Position numbers and translations under genes: made by a program
In this document: positions 1 through 10,647 of the stretch, in pieces
Layout: every line of letters starts with the position of its first letter
Numbering within the stretch: the first letter of the stretch is position 1
From: Rhizomicrobium sp.
GTDB taxonomy: Bacteria; Pseudomonadota; Alphaproteobacteria; Micropepsales; Micropepsaceae
Direction: 5' to 3'
Assembly (NCBI GenBank): GCA_035567755.1
Contig: DATMPH010000026.1
Coordinates: forward strand, 533 to 64,532
DNA length: 64,000 nt
The notes under the pieces: model-generated
Told to the model about the DNA's origin: nothing
Database searches by the model: none
The model's input: only the letters and a program-made list of their open reading frames with translations

Positions 1-460
1 GCAGGGCGCGCCAGTGCAGCCAGAAATCGGCAAGCCCGGGATGTGCGGCCGTCTGCATGTAAGTCGGATAATTTGTGAGCGGCATCAGCACCGCGATGCC
101 GAAAACGAATGGTGGTCCGAGGCGCAGGGCGCGGCGATAAGCGAAATCGAGGGCACCGTTGCGTTCCAGGCTCTGCCAAACGAAGAGGCCGGACATCAGG
201 AAGAAGAGTGCCATAAGGAAGAGATCGGCCCAGGCGCAGAGTATGTCGAAGCCGATGAAGTGATGCGTGTCGACGATCGGAAAGGTCCGCCAGGAAAAGG
301 GCGGCTTGTCGAAAGCAAAAGGCCGTGGGGGCAGAGACCACAGATAGGCGATTATGGAGTGCGCAGCGACCACGAAGACGACGACGGCGGCGCGCAAATT
401 GTTGATCGCGATACTTGCACGCGGTGCTCGCGGCGCGGCGAGACGTTCAGGGGCGTTCAT
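1..460 (-). CDS. acyltransferase family 3 (OpgC/MdoC-like) membrane protein, 5' part; runs off the left edge and is absent from the ORF track
   Basis: Manual translation from ATG at 460: MNAPERLAAPRAPRASIAINNLRAAVVVFVVAAHSIIAY...DLFLMALFFLMSGLF...RRALRLGPPF. It has the NLRA..H, FFLMSG and RRALRL motifs of acyltransferase-3 proteins. The start overlaps the hpnN stop. Confidence 0.75.
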   Translation of the reverse strand, partial: MNAPERLAAPRAPRASIAINNLRAAVVVFVVAAHSIIAYLWSLPPRPFAFDKPPFSWRTFPIVDTHHFIGFDILCAWADLFLMALFFLMSGLFVWQSLERNGALDFAYRRALRLGPPFVFGIAVLMPLTNYPTYMQTAAHPGLADFWLHWRAL

Positions 461-3125
461 CGAGACCTTCCATCGCACAGGCTGCCATAACCGGCGGCCC
501 TCGAACGGCAGCCGGTTTCCCGGGCTGCTTGTCCATCGACACTTTGCGCGGCGGCCCCATCAGCGCGGGCTGGAACAGCACGGCGGCCATCATCGTGCAG
601 ACGAGCGAGAGCGACATCAGCTCTCCCATGCTCGAAGTGCCGGGATGGCGAGACAGCCACAGGCTGCCGAACGCGGTCGCCGTCGTCATCGCACTGAACA
701 CGACGGCGCGGGTCAATGTCGATTGCACCAGCGCCGTGCGTCCGTGCCGCCACGCCATGATGTAATAGATCTTGAATGCGACACCAACTCCGAGCAGTAG
801 CGGAAACGCGATGATATTGCTGAAGTTCAGCGGTATATTCAAAAGGACGCACAGTTCGAGCGTCAGAACCGCGGCCAGCAGCAGCGGGACCAGGGTCATC
901 AACACGTCCGACAAGCGGCGCAATGCGATCCACAACAACAGCGCGATTGCCACGAGGGCGAGTATTCCGGCTTCGACGAAGGCACGCATGATCGTATTTC
1001 CGGCTTCATACAGCATGACGGCCGGCCCGGTCGCGTTGGGTTCGCGCACGAGCACTGCACGCACGAAATTGCGCAACGAAGCGGTGTCGTCAGGATCGCC
1101 CCTGGGAAGGACCTGCACTCTTGCCCGCCCATCCGGAGTCAGCCAATCGCGCTTCAGATCGGGTGGAACGTCTGCGATGGTGACCGGCCGCGCCGTCAAT
1201 TCCTGCCGAAGACCCTCGAGTGAGATTATCAGCGGCACGACCATCGCATTCGTTGCGCGAAGGCGCGCGCCCGAATCGGCGGCTGCGAGCTTGTCGAGAA
1301 GCGCGGACAGCCGCTTTGCGGCATTTCCTCCGGCGCCGCCCCGCGGTGCATATTCGGACAGCGTACGGGCGGTCGACCTCAGCGCCGCAACGTTTTCGTG
1401 ATCGCTGGGTGCCGGGCGTAACCGCGCCGGGGTCAGCGTGGGTGTGAGCGCGGCCGAGAGCTGGTGGATCAACGCGAGCTTGAACTGCTGATCGTCTGGA
1501 ACAAGGCTTGCGAGCGTGCGCGTTCCCGCCACCTGCGGCAAATCGGCGAGGTTTCTTGCGTCCGCCTTTGCTTCAACAAGATCGGGTGCAATCAATTCGG
1601 CCGCATTGGCGGCCGTCAACGGGTCCCTTCTCAATTCGAGGAACGCGGCGACCGATTCGGCCTTTGGGTTTTGCAGATGCAGCGGGTTGAAGTCGAACCG
1701 CAGAAAAAGCAGAAGCGGCGATGCTAGCGCGACAACGGCGAGGGTACCGGCAAGGACCGCAAAGCGGTGACGCTCCAGAAACCGGTCGACCGGTGCGAGG
1801 GCGGCGAACCCCATCTGATGGGACTCCGCCGGCGGATTCAGAACCCGAAGCAAGGCCGGCAACAGCGTGATACTGGTCAGAAAGGCGATGATCATGCCTG
1901 GTCCGGCGATCCGGCCGAGTTCCGACAGTCCGCGATACTCGGTCGGCAGGAAGGCCGAGAAACCAAGTGCAGTGGCCGCGCCTGCGAGCGCGAGAGGCCA
2001 GCCCGCCTTTCTTGCGGCACTGACCAGCGCAGCGTTCAAATCGCCGGTCTCGTGACGCTCGGCACGGTAACGGACACTGAATTGAATCCCGAAATCGATG
2101 CCCAGGCCGACGAACAGGACAAAGAATGCGACCGAAAGCAGATTCAGCGACGCGACGAGGAATAGTCCGAACGCGGCGGAATAGGCCAGGCCACACGTCA
2201 CGCTGACAAGGGCGGCCACAATAATTCGCCACGAGTGCAGCGCCAGCCACAGGATGATCAGCACGGCCCCTATGAAAACGGCCGCATTCAGCGCGGCGTT
2301 CTCCTTGACTGCGGCAAACTGTGCGTCGTTCATCGGGACGAGTCCGGTGACGCGAACCCGCGCCTGGAAGTCGTTCGCCAAATGAAGCCGGCGCGCCGTT
2401 TGGGCAATCGCATCCGTGACCGCGCCTCCGGGCGACAGAGCCTTGAAGTCGAGGACAGGAGCGATCTGAATGAACCGATGATTTCCCTGCTTTCGTGTCA
2501 TCTCGCCGCCAATGAGCGACTGCCATGAGAATTGCGCGGGGCGTCCGGAGAGCACGTCGCTGACCGTGTCGGCGCCCGCGTTCATGGCGGGAGCCAGGGA
2601 GTCGATTCCGTAGAGTCCGTTCTCGACTCCCATTAGCCCTTCTGAAAGCGCGCCCAGGACGCCCCTGAGGCTCGGATCGGCGGCGAGTGCACCGGTCATG
2701 GGTCCGGCCTGTTGTGCGTTCACCGTCATTTGGGCGAGCTGTTTGACCGGCACGAACAGGAGACCGTTTTGGGCGAAGAATCTGTCGCCTTGCGGTTCCT
2801 CCACCGCGCGGACATGGTCGCGATCCGCCTTCAGCGCCGAAGCAAGCTTGGCACTTGCCGCTTCCGTCAGTTCCGGGGTCGGCGCCTCGACAATGACGAG
2901 CACGTCGTACTGCGGAAATGCTGAGAGAAACTGATCGGCGCGCTGCGTCCAGGGCAAGTCGGTTGGAAACAGCTGCCTGACATCGGTTGAAATCGAAAAG
3001 TGCCGCACCGCATAGACGGTACAAAGGGATGCCAGGACCAGTGCGAACAGGATGACGGCCCAGGCAAACCGCGTGGACAATTCGACAAGACGAACGACGA
3101 ACGATTTCAGCATTGGCGCGGACAT
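447..3125 (-). CDS. hpnN: hopanoid-associated RND/MMPL transporter
   Basis: 892 aa, two MMPL halves, GLGIDFGIQFSVRYRAE and GVGVAFKIYYIMAWR motifs. Confidence 0.85.
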   Translation of the reverse strand: MSAPMLKSFVVRLVELSTRFAWAVILFALVLASLCTVYAVRHFSISTDVRQLFPTDLPWTQRADQFLSAFPQYDVLVIVEAPTPELTEAASAKLASALKADRDHVRAVEEPQGDRFFAQNGLLFVPVKQLAQMTVNAQQAGPMTGALAADPSLRGVLGALSEGLMGVENGLYGIDSLAPAMNAGADTVSDVLSGRPAQFSWQSLIGGEMTRKQGNHRFIQIAPVLDFKALSPGGAVTDAIAQTARRLHLANDFQARVRVTGLVPMNDAQFAAVKENAALNAAVFIGAVLIILWLALHSWRIIVAALVSVTCGLAYSAAFGLFLVASLNLLSVAFFVLFVGLGIDFGIQFSVRYRAERHETGDLNAALVSAARKAGWPLALAGAATALGFSAFLPTEYRGLSELGRIAGPGMIIAFLTSITLLPALLRVLNPPAESHQMGFAALAPVDRFLERHRFAVLAGTLAVVALASPLLLFLRFDFNPLHLQNPKAESVAAFLELRRDPLTAANAAELIAPDLVEAKADARNLADLPQVAGTRTLASLVPDDQQFKLALIHQLSAALTPTLTPARLRPAPSDHENVAALRSTARTLSEYAPRGGAGGNAAKRLSALLDKLAAADSGARLRATNAMVVPLIISLEGLRQELTARPVTIADVPPDLKRDWLTPDGRARVQVLPRGDPDDTASLRNFVRAVLVREPNATGPAVMLYEAGNTIMRAFVEAGILALVAIALLLWIALRRLSDVLMTLVPLLLAAVLTLELCVLLNIPLNFSNIIAFPLLLGVGVAFKIYYIMAWRHGRTALVQSTLTRAVVFSAMTTATAFGSLWLSRHPGTSSMGELMSLSLVCTMMAAVLFQPALMGPPRKVSMDKQPGKPAAVRGPPVMAACAMEGLDERP

Positions 3126-3295
3126 CCCCCAATCCCAACCCGCGGCCCAGCCTCCCGGTTCCGCGAAATGTCATTTGGCAACGAGTCAGAGTCACACCGG
3201 CGAAAGATTTTTGTGGTTTATCTTGGATGGGTCGGAATAAATGAACGAACGCCCGACTTGGCGAGCGGACACGGCTCTAAACGGGAGGCTCTATA

Positions 3296-3940
3296 ATGCA
3301 CCTGTACCGCATCCCTCTGGGCGCGCTGGTCGCGTGGTCAACGCTTTTTGCCGCCGATGCTCATGCCGCGTCGGACGCGACGACGGTGAATTTCGCCGTT
3401 TTGCGCGATGGTACGCAGATCGGCACCAACTCGGTCCGATTCGGGCATTGCGGTCGGGATACGACCGTGAAGATCGTGACGCATGTGGAAATCGGCCTGG
3501 GGTTCCTCACACTCTACAAATTCGATCAGACGGAAGCCGAGCGATGGGCCGATGGCCGCCTCGTGGCGATGAATTCGACGACGGACGACAACGGCACGCT
3601 GCATCGCACGAATGCGGCCGCCGGCGACGGCAAGATCATTGTGAAGGGCGACGGCCAGGAAAGGGAACTGGCGCCGACGGCGATACCTCTCAGCCTATGG
3701 AACCCGGCAGTGGTCGCGCAGAAAACCGCGATTGATCCGAAGGACGGCAGCGTTCAGCCGGTCAAGATCGTCGACCGCGGTGAGGACGATCTCATCGTCC
3801 GCGGCCACGCCCAACACGCACACCACTATGAAATTATCACCACGTTTTCACAGGACGTCTGGTACGACGAAAACGATCAGCTCGTTCAGGTCGAGCTGAA
3901 AGCTATCGACGGATCCACCATTCGCTATCAGTTGGTGTAG
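3296..3940 (+). CDS. exported DUF6134-like beta-rich protein
   Basis: Signal peptide; FAVLRDGTQIG, YKFDQTEAERW and VWYDENDQLVQ pattern. Confidence 0.65.
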   Translation: MHLYRIPLGALVAWSTLFAADAHAASDATTVNFAVLRDGTQIGTNSVRFGHCGRDTTVKIVTHVEIGLGFLTLYKFDQTEAERWADGRLVAMNSTTDDNGTLHRTNAAAGDGKIIVKGDGQERELAPTAIPLSLWNPAVVAQKTAIDPKDGSVQPVKIVDRGEDDLIVRGHAQHAHHYEIITTFSQDVWYDENDQLVQVELKAIDGSTIRYQLV

Positions 3941-4872
3941 CTCCCAACCCCTTCCCCCAGCGCCGTCCACTCCTGCACGAACGCGCCGACGCGGGCGATG
4001 CCGCGCCGCGCTTCCGGCATCAGCGGCGCAAATGCATGCCAGACATGCGGCATGCGCGGCCAGACTTCGAGCGTCACATTGCAGCCGGCTTCGCGCATCC
4101 GCTCCGCAATCCGAATGGAGTCGTCACGCAGGATTTCGTCGCTGCCCACCTGAAGGAGCGTCGGCGGCAGGCCTCGCAGATCGCCGTAAAGGGGCGAGGC
4201 GTAAGGATGGCGAGGATCAGCGCCTCCCAGATACTGCGCGGCGAAGGGCTTCAGACAATCGGATTTCAGCATCGGGTCCGCAGCGTCCTGCGAGCACGAC
4301 TCACCGGTGATCGCGAGATCGGTCCAGGGCGACAGTGCGACGACGGCTGCGGGCAGCGGGCCTCCCTCGTCGCGCAGCCTGAGCGCCAGCGCCAGAGCGA
4401 GGCCTCCGCCTGCCGAGTCGCCAAGTACTGCGCATCGCCGCGGGTCCACGCCTTCGGCGAGCAGTGCCTGCCAGGCGGTGTGTGCGTCGTCCAGGGCCGC
4501 CGGGAACGGATGCTCCGGTGCCAGTCGGTAATCGATCGCAACAAGTTTTGCCCGCGCCGCTGCCGCGAAGCGCCACATGACGTGACGGTAAAGCGCCGGC
4601 GATCCGGTGATATAGCCGCCGCCGTGCAGGAAGAGGATATGACGGCCGGGTTCCGCCTCGGGCCGCGCGACGCGGGTCGCCCGAACTGTGCCCAGTCCCA
4701 CTTCGATCGTATCGGTTCCGCGCGGGGCTCGCCGCACCCACGGCTCGTATGCCCGCAGCCGTTGGCGCCGCACGGCAATGCTGATGCCAGGATGCATGCC
4801 CGGCTTCAGGAAAAGACGAATGCCCAGCCTTAGCAGCTCTGCTGTCAAGCTTGCTCTGTTAGGTACCATCAT
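3928..4872 (-). CDS. alpha/beta hydrolase (HSL-family esterase/lipase)
   Basis: HGGGY oxyanion motif, GDSAGG nucleophile, E-I-L-x-D-D and HVWH. Confidence 0.9.
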   Translation of the reverse strand: MMVPNRASLTAELLRLGIRLFLKPGMHPGISIAVRRQRLRAYEPWVRRAPRGTDTIEVGLGTVRATRVARPEAEPGRHILFLHGGGYITGSPALYRHVMWRFAAAARAKLVAIDYRLAPEHPFPAALDDAHTAWQALLAEGVDPRRCAVLGDSAGGGLALALALRLRDEGGPLPAAVVALSPWTDLAITGESCSQDAADPMLKSDCLKPFAAQYLGGADPRHPYASPLYGDLRGLPPTLLQVGSDEILRDDSIRIAERMREAGCNVTLEVWPRMPHVWHAFAPLMPEARRGIARVGAFVQEWTALGEGVGSYTN

Positions 4873-5038
4873 CTGTTCCTTCGACGCGCCAGCCCTAAGT
4901 CATTCGGCGAGGATTGGCCAGCGACAAAACTCGGTTTCCAAGCCGTTTCGGCCAGGGCCCATTTAGCGCCTTGGAACTTTATTTTCCTTACCGCTTTCAT
5001 TTGATACGCTAGGTTGCAGGGCAAGGGGATGGCCAGGA

Positions 5039-6283
5039 ATGCTCAATCGGCTCCTCGCATCGATCGTGAAAAAAGGCAGCCTGACGCTGACTACGCCGGG
5101 CGGCGGGCGCAGAACGTTCGGCAGCGGTACACCGCAAGTGGGAATGTGCCTGCATGACCGCCGTGCGCCCGTGGAGCTTGCGCTCAATCCCGAGTTGAAA
5201 CTGGGCGAGCTCTACATGGACGGCAGGCTCACTGTTGAAAACGGCGACATCTCCGACCTTCTCGACCTTTTAATGTACAATCTCTCGCTTGCCTCGCCAC
5301 GGGGCGTGCTGAAGGTTGAAAGAGTCTGGCGTTGGGTTACCCGCCGGCTTGCCCAACTCAATTATTCCTCGCGCGCGCGCAGAAACGTCGCCCATCATTA
5401 CGACCTTTCGGGGAAGCTCTACGATCTCTTCCTCGATCGCGACCGCCAGTATTCCTGCGCGTATTTTTCCGCGCCCGGTGAAACGCTCGAAGAAGCGCAG
5501 GTCGGCAAGAAACGGCACATTGCCGCCAAGCTCCACCTCGACACGCCGGGCCTCAGAGTCCTCGACATAGGTTCGGGCTGGGGCGGGCTCGCACTCGATC
5601 TCGCACGAGACTGCGGCGCCAATGTGCTGGGTGTGACGCTGTCGCAGGAGCAGATCGCACTCGCAAGGAGCCGGGCTGAGAATGCCGGCCTTGCGGAGCG
5701 CTGCCGCTTCGAGCTTGTAGATTACCGTGCGCTCAGCGGCACGTTCGACCGCATCGTGTCGGTCGGGATGTTCGAGCATGTCGGCGTGCCCTATTACCCG
5801 GCCTTCTTCGACAAGCTGCGCGCACTTCTCGCCGACGACGGCGTCGCACTCCTGCATTCAATCGGGCGCAGCGACGGACCTGGTGTCACGAGCCCCTGGA
5901 CGGCGAAGTACATTTTCCCCGGCGGGTACGCGCCCGCGTTGAGCGAGATGCTGCCCGCGATCGAGCGTGCAGGTCTGATCGTCACCGATATAGAAGTGCT
6001 CAGGCTGCACTATGCCGAAACGCTGAAGGAATGGCGCCGGCGCTTCAAGGCGCATCGGAGCGCCGTGGCTGAACTTTACGACGAGCGTTTCTGCCGCATG
6101 TGGGAGTTTTATCTTGCGGGCGCAGAAATGGCGTTCCGCCATGATGGGCAGGTTGTGTATCAGATTCAACTGACCAAACGCATCGGCACGCTGCCGCTGA
6201 CCCGCGATTACATGTTCGAATCCGAGCGGACCATGCGCTTTGCGGGAACCGAAGCGATGCCGCGCCAGGTCCGCGCGGCGTAG
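5039..6283 (+). CDS. cfa: cyclopropane-fatty-acyl-phospholipid synthase family methyltransferase
   Basis: NVAHHYDLS, YSCAYF, VLDIGSGWGG, SVGMFEHVG, KYIFPGG, HYAETLKEW. Confidence 0.9.
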   Translation: MLNRLLASIVKKGSLTLTTPGGGRRTFGSGTPQVGMCLHDRRAPVELALNPELKLGELYMDGRLTVENGDISDLLDLLMYNLSLASPRGVLKVERVWRWVTRRLAQLNYSSRARRNVAHHYDLSGKLYDLFLDRDRQYSCAYFSAPGETLEEAQVGKKRHIAAKLHLDTPGLRVLDIGSGWGGLALDLARDCGANVLGVTLSQEQIALARSRAENAGLAERCRFELVDYRALSGTFDRIVSVGMFEHVGVPYYPAFFDKLRALLADDGVALLHSIGRSDGPGVTSPWTAKYIFPGGYAPALSEMLPAIERAGLIVTDIEVLRLHYAETLKEWRRRFKAHRSAVAELYDERFCRMWEFYLAGAEMAFRHDGQVVYQIQLTKRIGTLPLTRDYMFESERTMRFAGTEAMPRQVRAA

Positions 6284-6392
6284 CAGCGCATCGGCAATTT
6301 AGCTGTGGGCAATGATGTGGCCGGCCTTGCGGCGCCCCTGCGCTCTCGTTTGATTCGCCTCCCCTCCACTTGCGCAATCGGGCACCCGCGGA

Positions 6393-7826
6393 ATGGAACA
6401 AGAGGTCTATCGCCACGTCCCCTACGATATCGACGTCGAGCAGGCTCTGCTTGGCGCGATTTTCGTGGACAACCGGGCGATCGAGCGCGTGTCCATGCTG
6501 CTCAGGCCCGAACAGTTCTACGATCCGCTGCACCAGCGGATGTTCGAAGCGATCGCGACGAGCTTCGAGCGTGGCGGGATCGTGATCACGCCGCTGACTC
6601 TGCACGCGCAGATGAAGGCCGATCCAGGTCTGCTCGAAGTCGGCGGTCTTTCCTATCTCGCCAATCTCGCGGCGGCCGCGCCGGCGCTTCCCAATGTCCG
6701 GGACTATGCGCGCATCCTGCACGATCTTTGGGTGCGGCGCACGCTGATCCATATCGGCGAAGACATCGTCAACACGGCCTATGAAGCGCCGCTCGAGAAA
6801 CCGCCGCAGGAGCAGATCGCGGAAGCGGAAAAAGCACTCTACCGGATTTCGGAAACGTCGCGTTACGGCGATGGTCCGCTCGACTTCGCCGAGGCGCTGC
6901 GGCGCACCGTCGAGATGGCCGAGAAGGCACAACTGCGAGGTGGACGCATTTCCGGAGTTTCGAGCGGTTTTGCCGACATCGATTCCCTGTTGGGCGGATT
7001 GCAGCCGTCAGATCTTTTGATTCTCGCGGGACGCCCCGGAATGGGGAAGACGGCGCTCGCGACCAATATTGCCTTCAACGCCGCCCGTTTCCATTCCCAG
7101 GACGTGGCCGATGGTGCTCCGGTTTCACGCGGTGCACCGGTACTCTTCTTTTCGCTTGAAATGGCGGCGCAGCAGCTTTCCGCGCGCATACTCTCCGAGC
7201 AGACCGAGATCGAGATGTCGAAGATCCGCTCCGGCCGATTTGCCGAGTCCGAATGGGAACGCTTCGTGCTGAAGATGCAGGATTTGAGCACGCTGCCGCT
7301 CTATATCGACGACAGCGGCGGCATCTCGATTGCGCAGATCGCCGCCCGCGCGCGGCGCTTCCGCCGCGAGAAGCAGATCGGCCTCGTGGTGATCGACTAC
7401 CTCCAGCTCATCGAGCCCACGCGCCGCTCGGACAGCAGGGTGCAAGAGGTCACCGAGGTCACGAAAGGATTGAAGGCGCTCGCCAAGGAGCTGAACGTGC
7501 CGGTTCTGGCCTGCTCGCAACTTTCGCGCGGCGTCGACAGCCGCGACGACAAGCGCCCGGTGCTCTCGGATCTGCGCGAGTCAGGCTCGATCGAGCAGGA
7601 TGCCGACGTGGTGATGTTCGTCTTCCGCGAGGCCTATTACCTCAAATCTCGCAAGCCCGAAGAGGACGATCCGGAATTCACCAAGTGGAGCGAGAAGATG
7701 GAGCGCGTCAATCATTTGGCCGATTTGCTGGTCGAGAAACACCGCCACGGTCCTACCACCAAGATCGAACTCTTCTTCGACGACCGCTTCACCCGCTTCA
7801 AGGACCTCGCAGATCGAGCGGCATAG
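6393..7826 (+). CDS. dnaB: replicative DNA helicase
   Basis: Walker A GRPGMGKT, FFSLEM, VIDYLQL, SQLSR, LSDLRESGSIEQDAD. Confidence 0.97.
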   Translation: MEQEVYRHVPYDIDVEQALLGAIFVDNRAIERVSMLLRPEQFYDPLHQRMFEAIATSFERGGIVITPLTLHAQMKADPGLLEVGGLSYLANLAAAAPALPNVRDYARILHDLWVRRTLIHIGEDIVNTAYEAPLEKPPQEQIAEAEKALYRISETSRYGDGPLDFAEALRRTVEMAEKAQLRGGRISGVSSGFADIDSLLGGLQPSDLLILAGRPGMGKTALATNIAFNAARFHSQDVADGAPVSRGAPVLFFSLEMAAQQLSARILSEQTEIEMSKIRSGRFAESEWERFVLKMQDLSTLPLYIDDSGGISIAQIAARARRFRREKQIGLVVIDYLQLIEPTRRSDSRVQEVTEVTKGLKALAKELNVPVLACSQLSRGVDSRDDKRPVLSDLRESGSIEQDADVVMFVFREAYYLKSRKPEEDDPEFTKWSEKMERVNHLADLLVEKHRHGPTTKIELFFDDRFTRFKDLADRAA

Positions 7827-7924
7827 TCCGAGCGTGACGTCATTCACTGCGTCGTCGAGCCTATGCAGGACGTCCGGTGCGAGGCTTTGACCGCGGTGCT
7901 TCGACACGTCATTCTCCGCCGCTC

Positions 7925-9022
7925 ATGAACAATCCTGATTTCGAAACAGCCACTCTGTCGGTGCGGCTTGGTGCGGTCGTGGACAATTACCGCACCTGTG
8001 GGGCGCTCGCAGATACGCGCATCGCCGGCGTGCTCAAGGCGGACTCTTACGGGCTGGGTATGGAACCTGTGGCGCGCGCCCTCGCCAACGCGAGGTGCGA
8101 TACGTTCTTTGTCGCGCGCCTTGAAGAGGGGGCGAGGCTCCGGCCGATCGTTCCAGACGCTCGTATCTTCGTTCTCGACGGTGCATCATCACATTGCGCG
8201 GAAGCGCTGATTGCACATCGGCTGACGCCGACGCTCAATTCGCTCGATGAGATCACGGTCTGGTCAGCAGTTGCGCATTCGCGGCGCACAAATCTCGATG
8301 CTGCCGTTCATATCGACACCGGGATGAACCGTTTGGGCCTGCCGGCCTACGAAGCAACAGTGCTCGCGTCCGAGGCACGCGAAAGGTTGCGGGACTTGAA
8401 TCTCGTTCTGGTCATGAGCCATCTCGCCTGCTCCGACGATCCCTCGGCGAAGATGAACGCGCAGCAGCTCGCGCGCTTTCGCGCAGCGCTCGCAATGCTG
8501 CCGCCCGCGCCGGCGAGTCTCGCCGCGTCCGGCGGAGTGATGCTGGGACGGGACTACGCGTTCGACCTGGCACGGCCGGGAATCGCGCTTTACGGGGGCA
8601 ATCCCCAGTCTGGTACGCCGAATGCGTTCAAGACCGCAGCGCGTCTGACAGGCCGCGTCCTGCAGCTTCGCCGCGTTGACAAGGGGGAGTGCGTTGGTTA
8701 CGGAGCCACGTTCCAGGCAGAGCGCCCGACGACGCTGGCGACCGTGGCTCTCGGATATGCAGACGGGCTCATGCGCGCGATCGGCAACAGAGGAATGGGC
8801 GCTATCAATGGGATGAGAGCGCCTGTCGTGGGCCGCGTCTCCATGGATCTCATCACGCTTGACGTCACCGAAATCCCTTGCGCCACCGTGGGGACGGAAG
8901 TCGAATTCATCGGCGATACGATTTCGCTGGAAGAGGCCGCGGCAGCGGCGCGGACGGCGAATTATGAAATCCTGACGGCGATCGGTGCGCGCGTGCCCCG
9001 CGTCCATGTGAGCGCGCCATGA
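7925..9022 (+). CDS. alr: alanine racemase (start ATG 7925 preferred to GTG 7877)
   Basis: VLKADSYGLG PLP lysine, HIDTGMNRLG, MSHLAC, GRVSMD, NYEILT. Confidence 0.93.
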   Translation: MNNPDFETATLSVRLGAVVDNYRTCGALADTRIAGVLKADSYGLGMEPVARALANARCDTFFVARLEEGARLRPIVPDARIFVLDGASSHCAEALIAHRLTPTLNSLDEITVWSAVAHSRRTNLDAAVHIDTGMNRLGLPAYEATVLASEARERLRDLNLVLVMSHLACSDDPSAKMNAQQLARFRAALAMLPPAPASLAASGGVMLGRDYAFDLARPGIALYGGNPQSGTPNAFKTAARLTGRVLQLRRVDKGECVGYGATFQAERPTTLATVALGYADGLMRAIGNRGMGAINGMRAPVVGRVSMDLITLDVTEIPCATVGTEVEFIGDTISLEEAAAAARTANYEILTAIGARVPRVHVSAP

Positions 9023-9792
9023 ACATTCTGGCCGGCATCGGCCGCGCAGTCTTCGCCTTTCTCGCCCAGACGGGCCGTCTTGCCCAGTTCACGTTTTCCG
9101 CGCTCATCAGCTGCGTGCGGCCGCCGATCTACTGGTATCTCATCGGCCAGCAGATGCTGCGCATCGGCTATTTCTCGTTGCCGGTCGTCGGTCTGACGGC
9201 GTTCTTCACCGGCGGCGCACTGGCGCTGCAAATCTATATCGGCGGCAACCGCTTCGGCGCCGAGGCGGTGGTGCCCAACATCGTGGTGCTCGGCATCACG
9301 CGCGAATTGGGGCCGGTAATCGCGGGCCTCATGGTAGCCGGCCGCGTGGCCGCCGCCATCGCGGCGGAAATCGGCACCATGCGCGTGACCGAGCAGATCG
9401 ACGCGCTCACCACCCTGTCCACCAATCCGATTCGATACCTTGTCGTGCCGCGGCTCGTCGCTGCCGTCGTGACGATGCCCGTGCTCGTTCTCGTCGCGGA
9501 TGCCATCGGCGTGTTCGGCGGCTATGTCGTCTCGACCCAAAGCCTCGGGTTCAATGGCGCGATCTACGTCAAGAACACGCTTGATTTCATGACCACGGGC
9601 GACGTGCGCAGCGGCGTGATCAAGGTGGCGGTGTTCGGATTCATCATCGCGCTGATGGGTTGCTACAACGGCTTTCATTCCAAGGGTGGCGCGCAGGGCG
9701 TGGGCACGGCGACGACGAATGCGGTGGTCACCTCGTCGATCCTGATCCTGGCGGCAAACTACTTCCTTACTTCCATTCTTTTCTCGCGGTGA
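9019..9792 (+). CDS. mlaE: MlaE/Ttg2B lipid-asymmetry ABC permease
   Basis: RELGPVIAGLMVAGRV, EIGTMRVTEQIDAL, GAQGVG. Confidence 0.92.
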   Translation: MNILAGIGRAVFAFLAQTGRLAQFTFSALISCVRPPIYWYLIGQQMLRIGYFSLPVVGLTAFFTGGALALQIYIGGNRFGAEAVVPNIVVLGITRELGPVIAGLMVAGRVAAAIAAEIGTMRVTEQIDALTTLSTNPIRYLVVPRLVAAVVTMPVLVLVADAIGVFGGYVVSTQSLGFNGAIYVKNTLDFMTTGDVRSGVIKVAVFGFIIALMGCYNGFHSKGGAQGVGTATTNAVVTSSILILAANYFLTSILFSR

Positions 9793-10574
9793 CGGCGGTG
9801 GCGGGCAGCACGGCCAAAGTGGAGCTGCGCGGCGTCAAGAAGCGCTTCGGCCCGAAAATCGTATTGGACGGTCTCGACCTCGATATCCAGTCCGGCGAGT
9901 CGCTGGTCGTCATCGGCGGCTCCGGCACCGGCAAGTCGGTGATGATCAAATGCGTGCTCGGTATATTGCGGCCCGAGGCAGGTCAGATCTTCGTCGACGG
10001 CCAGGACGTGACACATGTTTCCGGGAGCCGGCGCGACGCGGTGCTGCGGAAATTCGGAATGCTGTTCCAGGGCTCCGCGCTTTTCGACAGTCTGCCCGTC
10101 TGGGAAAACGTCGCCTTCGGCCTTATTCAGGGCCGCGGCATGGCGCGCAAGCTCGCGAAGGACATTGCGATCGAGAAGCTCGCCAAGGTCGGGCTCGGGT
10201 CCGAAGTCGCCATGCTTTGGCCCGCGGAGCTCTCGGGCGGAATGCAGAAGCGCGTGGGCCTCGCACGCGCCATCGCGGCCGAGCCCGATATCATCTTCTT
10301 CGACGAGCCGACGACGGGCCTCGATCCCATCATGGCCGACGTGATCAACGATCTCATCGTATCGACGGTGAAGGATCTGGGCGTCACCACGCTGTCGATT
10401 ACCCACGACATTGCCAGCGCGCGAAAGATCTCGAGCCGCATCGCCATGCTCTACAAGGGCAAGATCGTGTGGCACGGGCTCACGTCGCAGATGGACTCAA
10501 GCGGTAACCCGTTTGTCGATCAGTTCATCCACGGCCGCGCCGAAGGCCCGATCAAGATGGAGATCCGCGGCTGA
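9789..10574 (+). CDS. mlaF: MlaF ABC ATP-binding protein (GTG start overlapping the mlaE stop)
   Basis: GGSGTGKS, FQGSALFDSL, LSGGMQKRV, FDEPTTGLDP. Confidence 0.9.
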   Translation: MTAVAGSTAKVELRGVKKRFGPKIVLDGLDLDIQSGESLVVIGGSGTGKSVMIKCVLGILRPEAGQIFVDGQDVTHVSGSRRDAVLRKFGMLFQGSALFDSLPVWENVAFGLIQGRGMARKLAKDIAIEKLAKVGLGSEVAMLWPAELSGGMQKRVGLARAIAAEPDIIFFDEPTTGLDPIMADVINDLIVSTVKDLGVTTLSITHDIASARKISSRIAMLYKGKIVWHGLTSQMDSSGNPFVDQFIHGRAEGPIKMEIRG

Positions 10575-10647
10575 GCCTACGACCTGAGCGTCGGGTGTGG
10601 TGTCGTCTCCACATAGGGGGGAGGAAAATCGCCCTGTCGACTGATTA

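Noticed and set aside
6393-7826. Intein or phage origin of dnaB
   Set aside because: Normal length, no insertion, and embedded in core chromosomal synteny.
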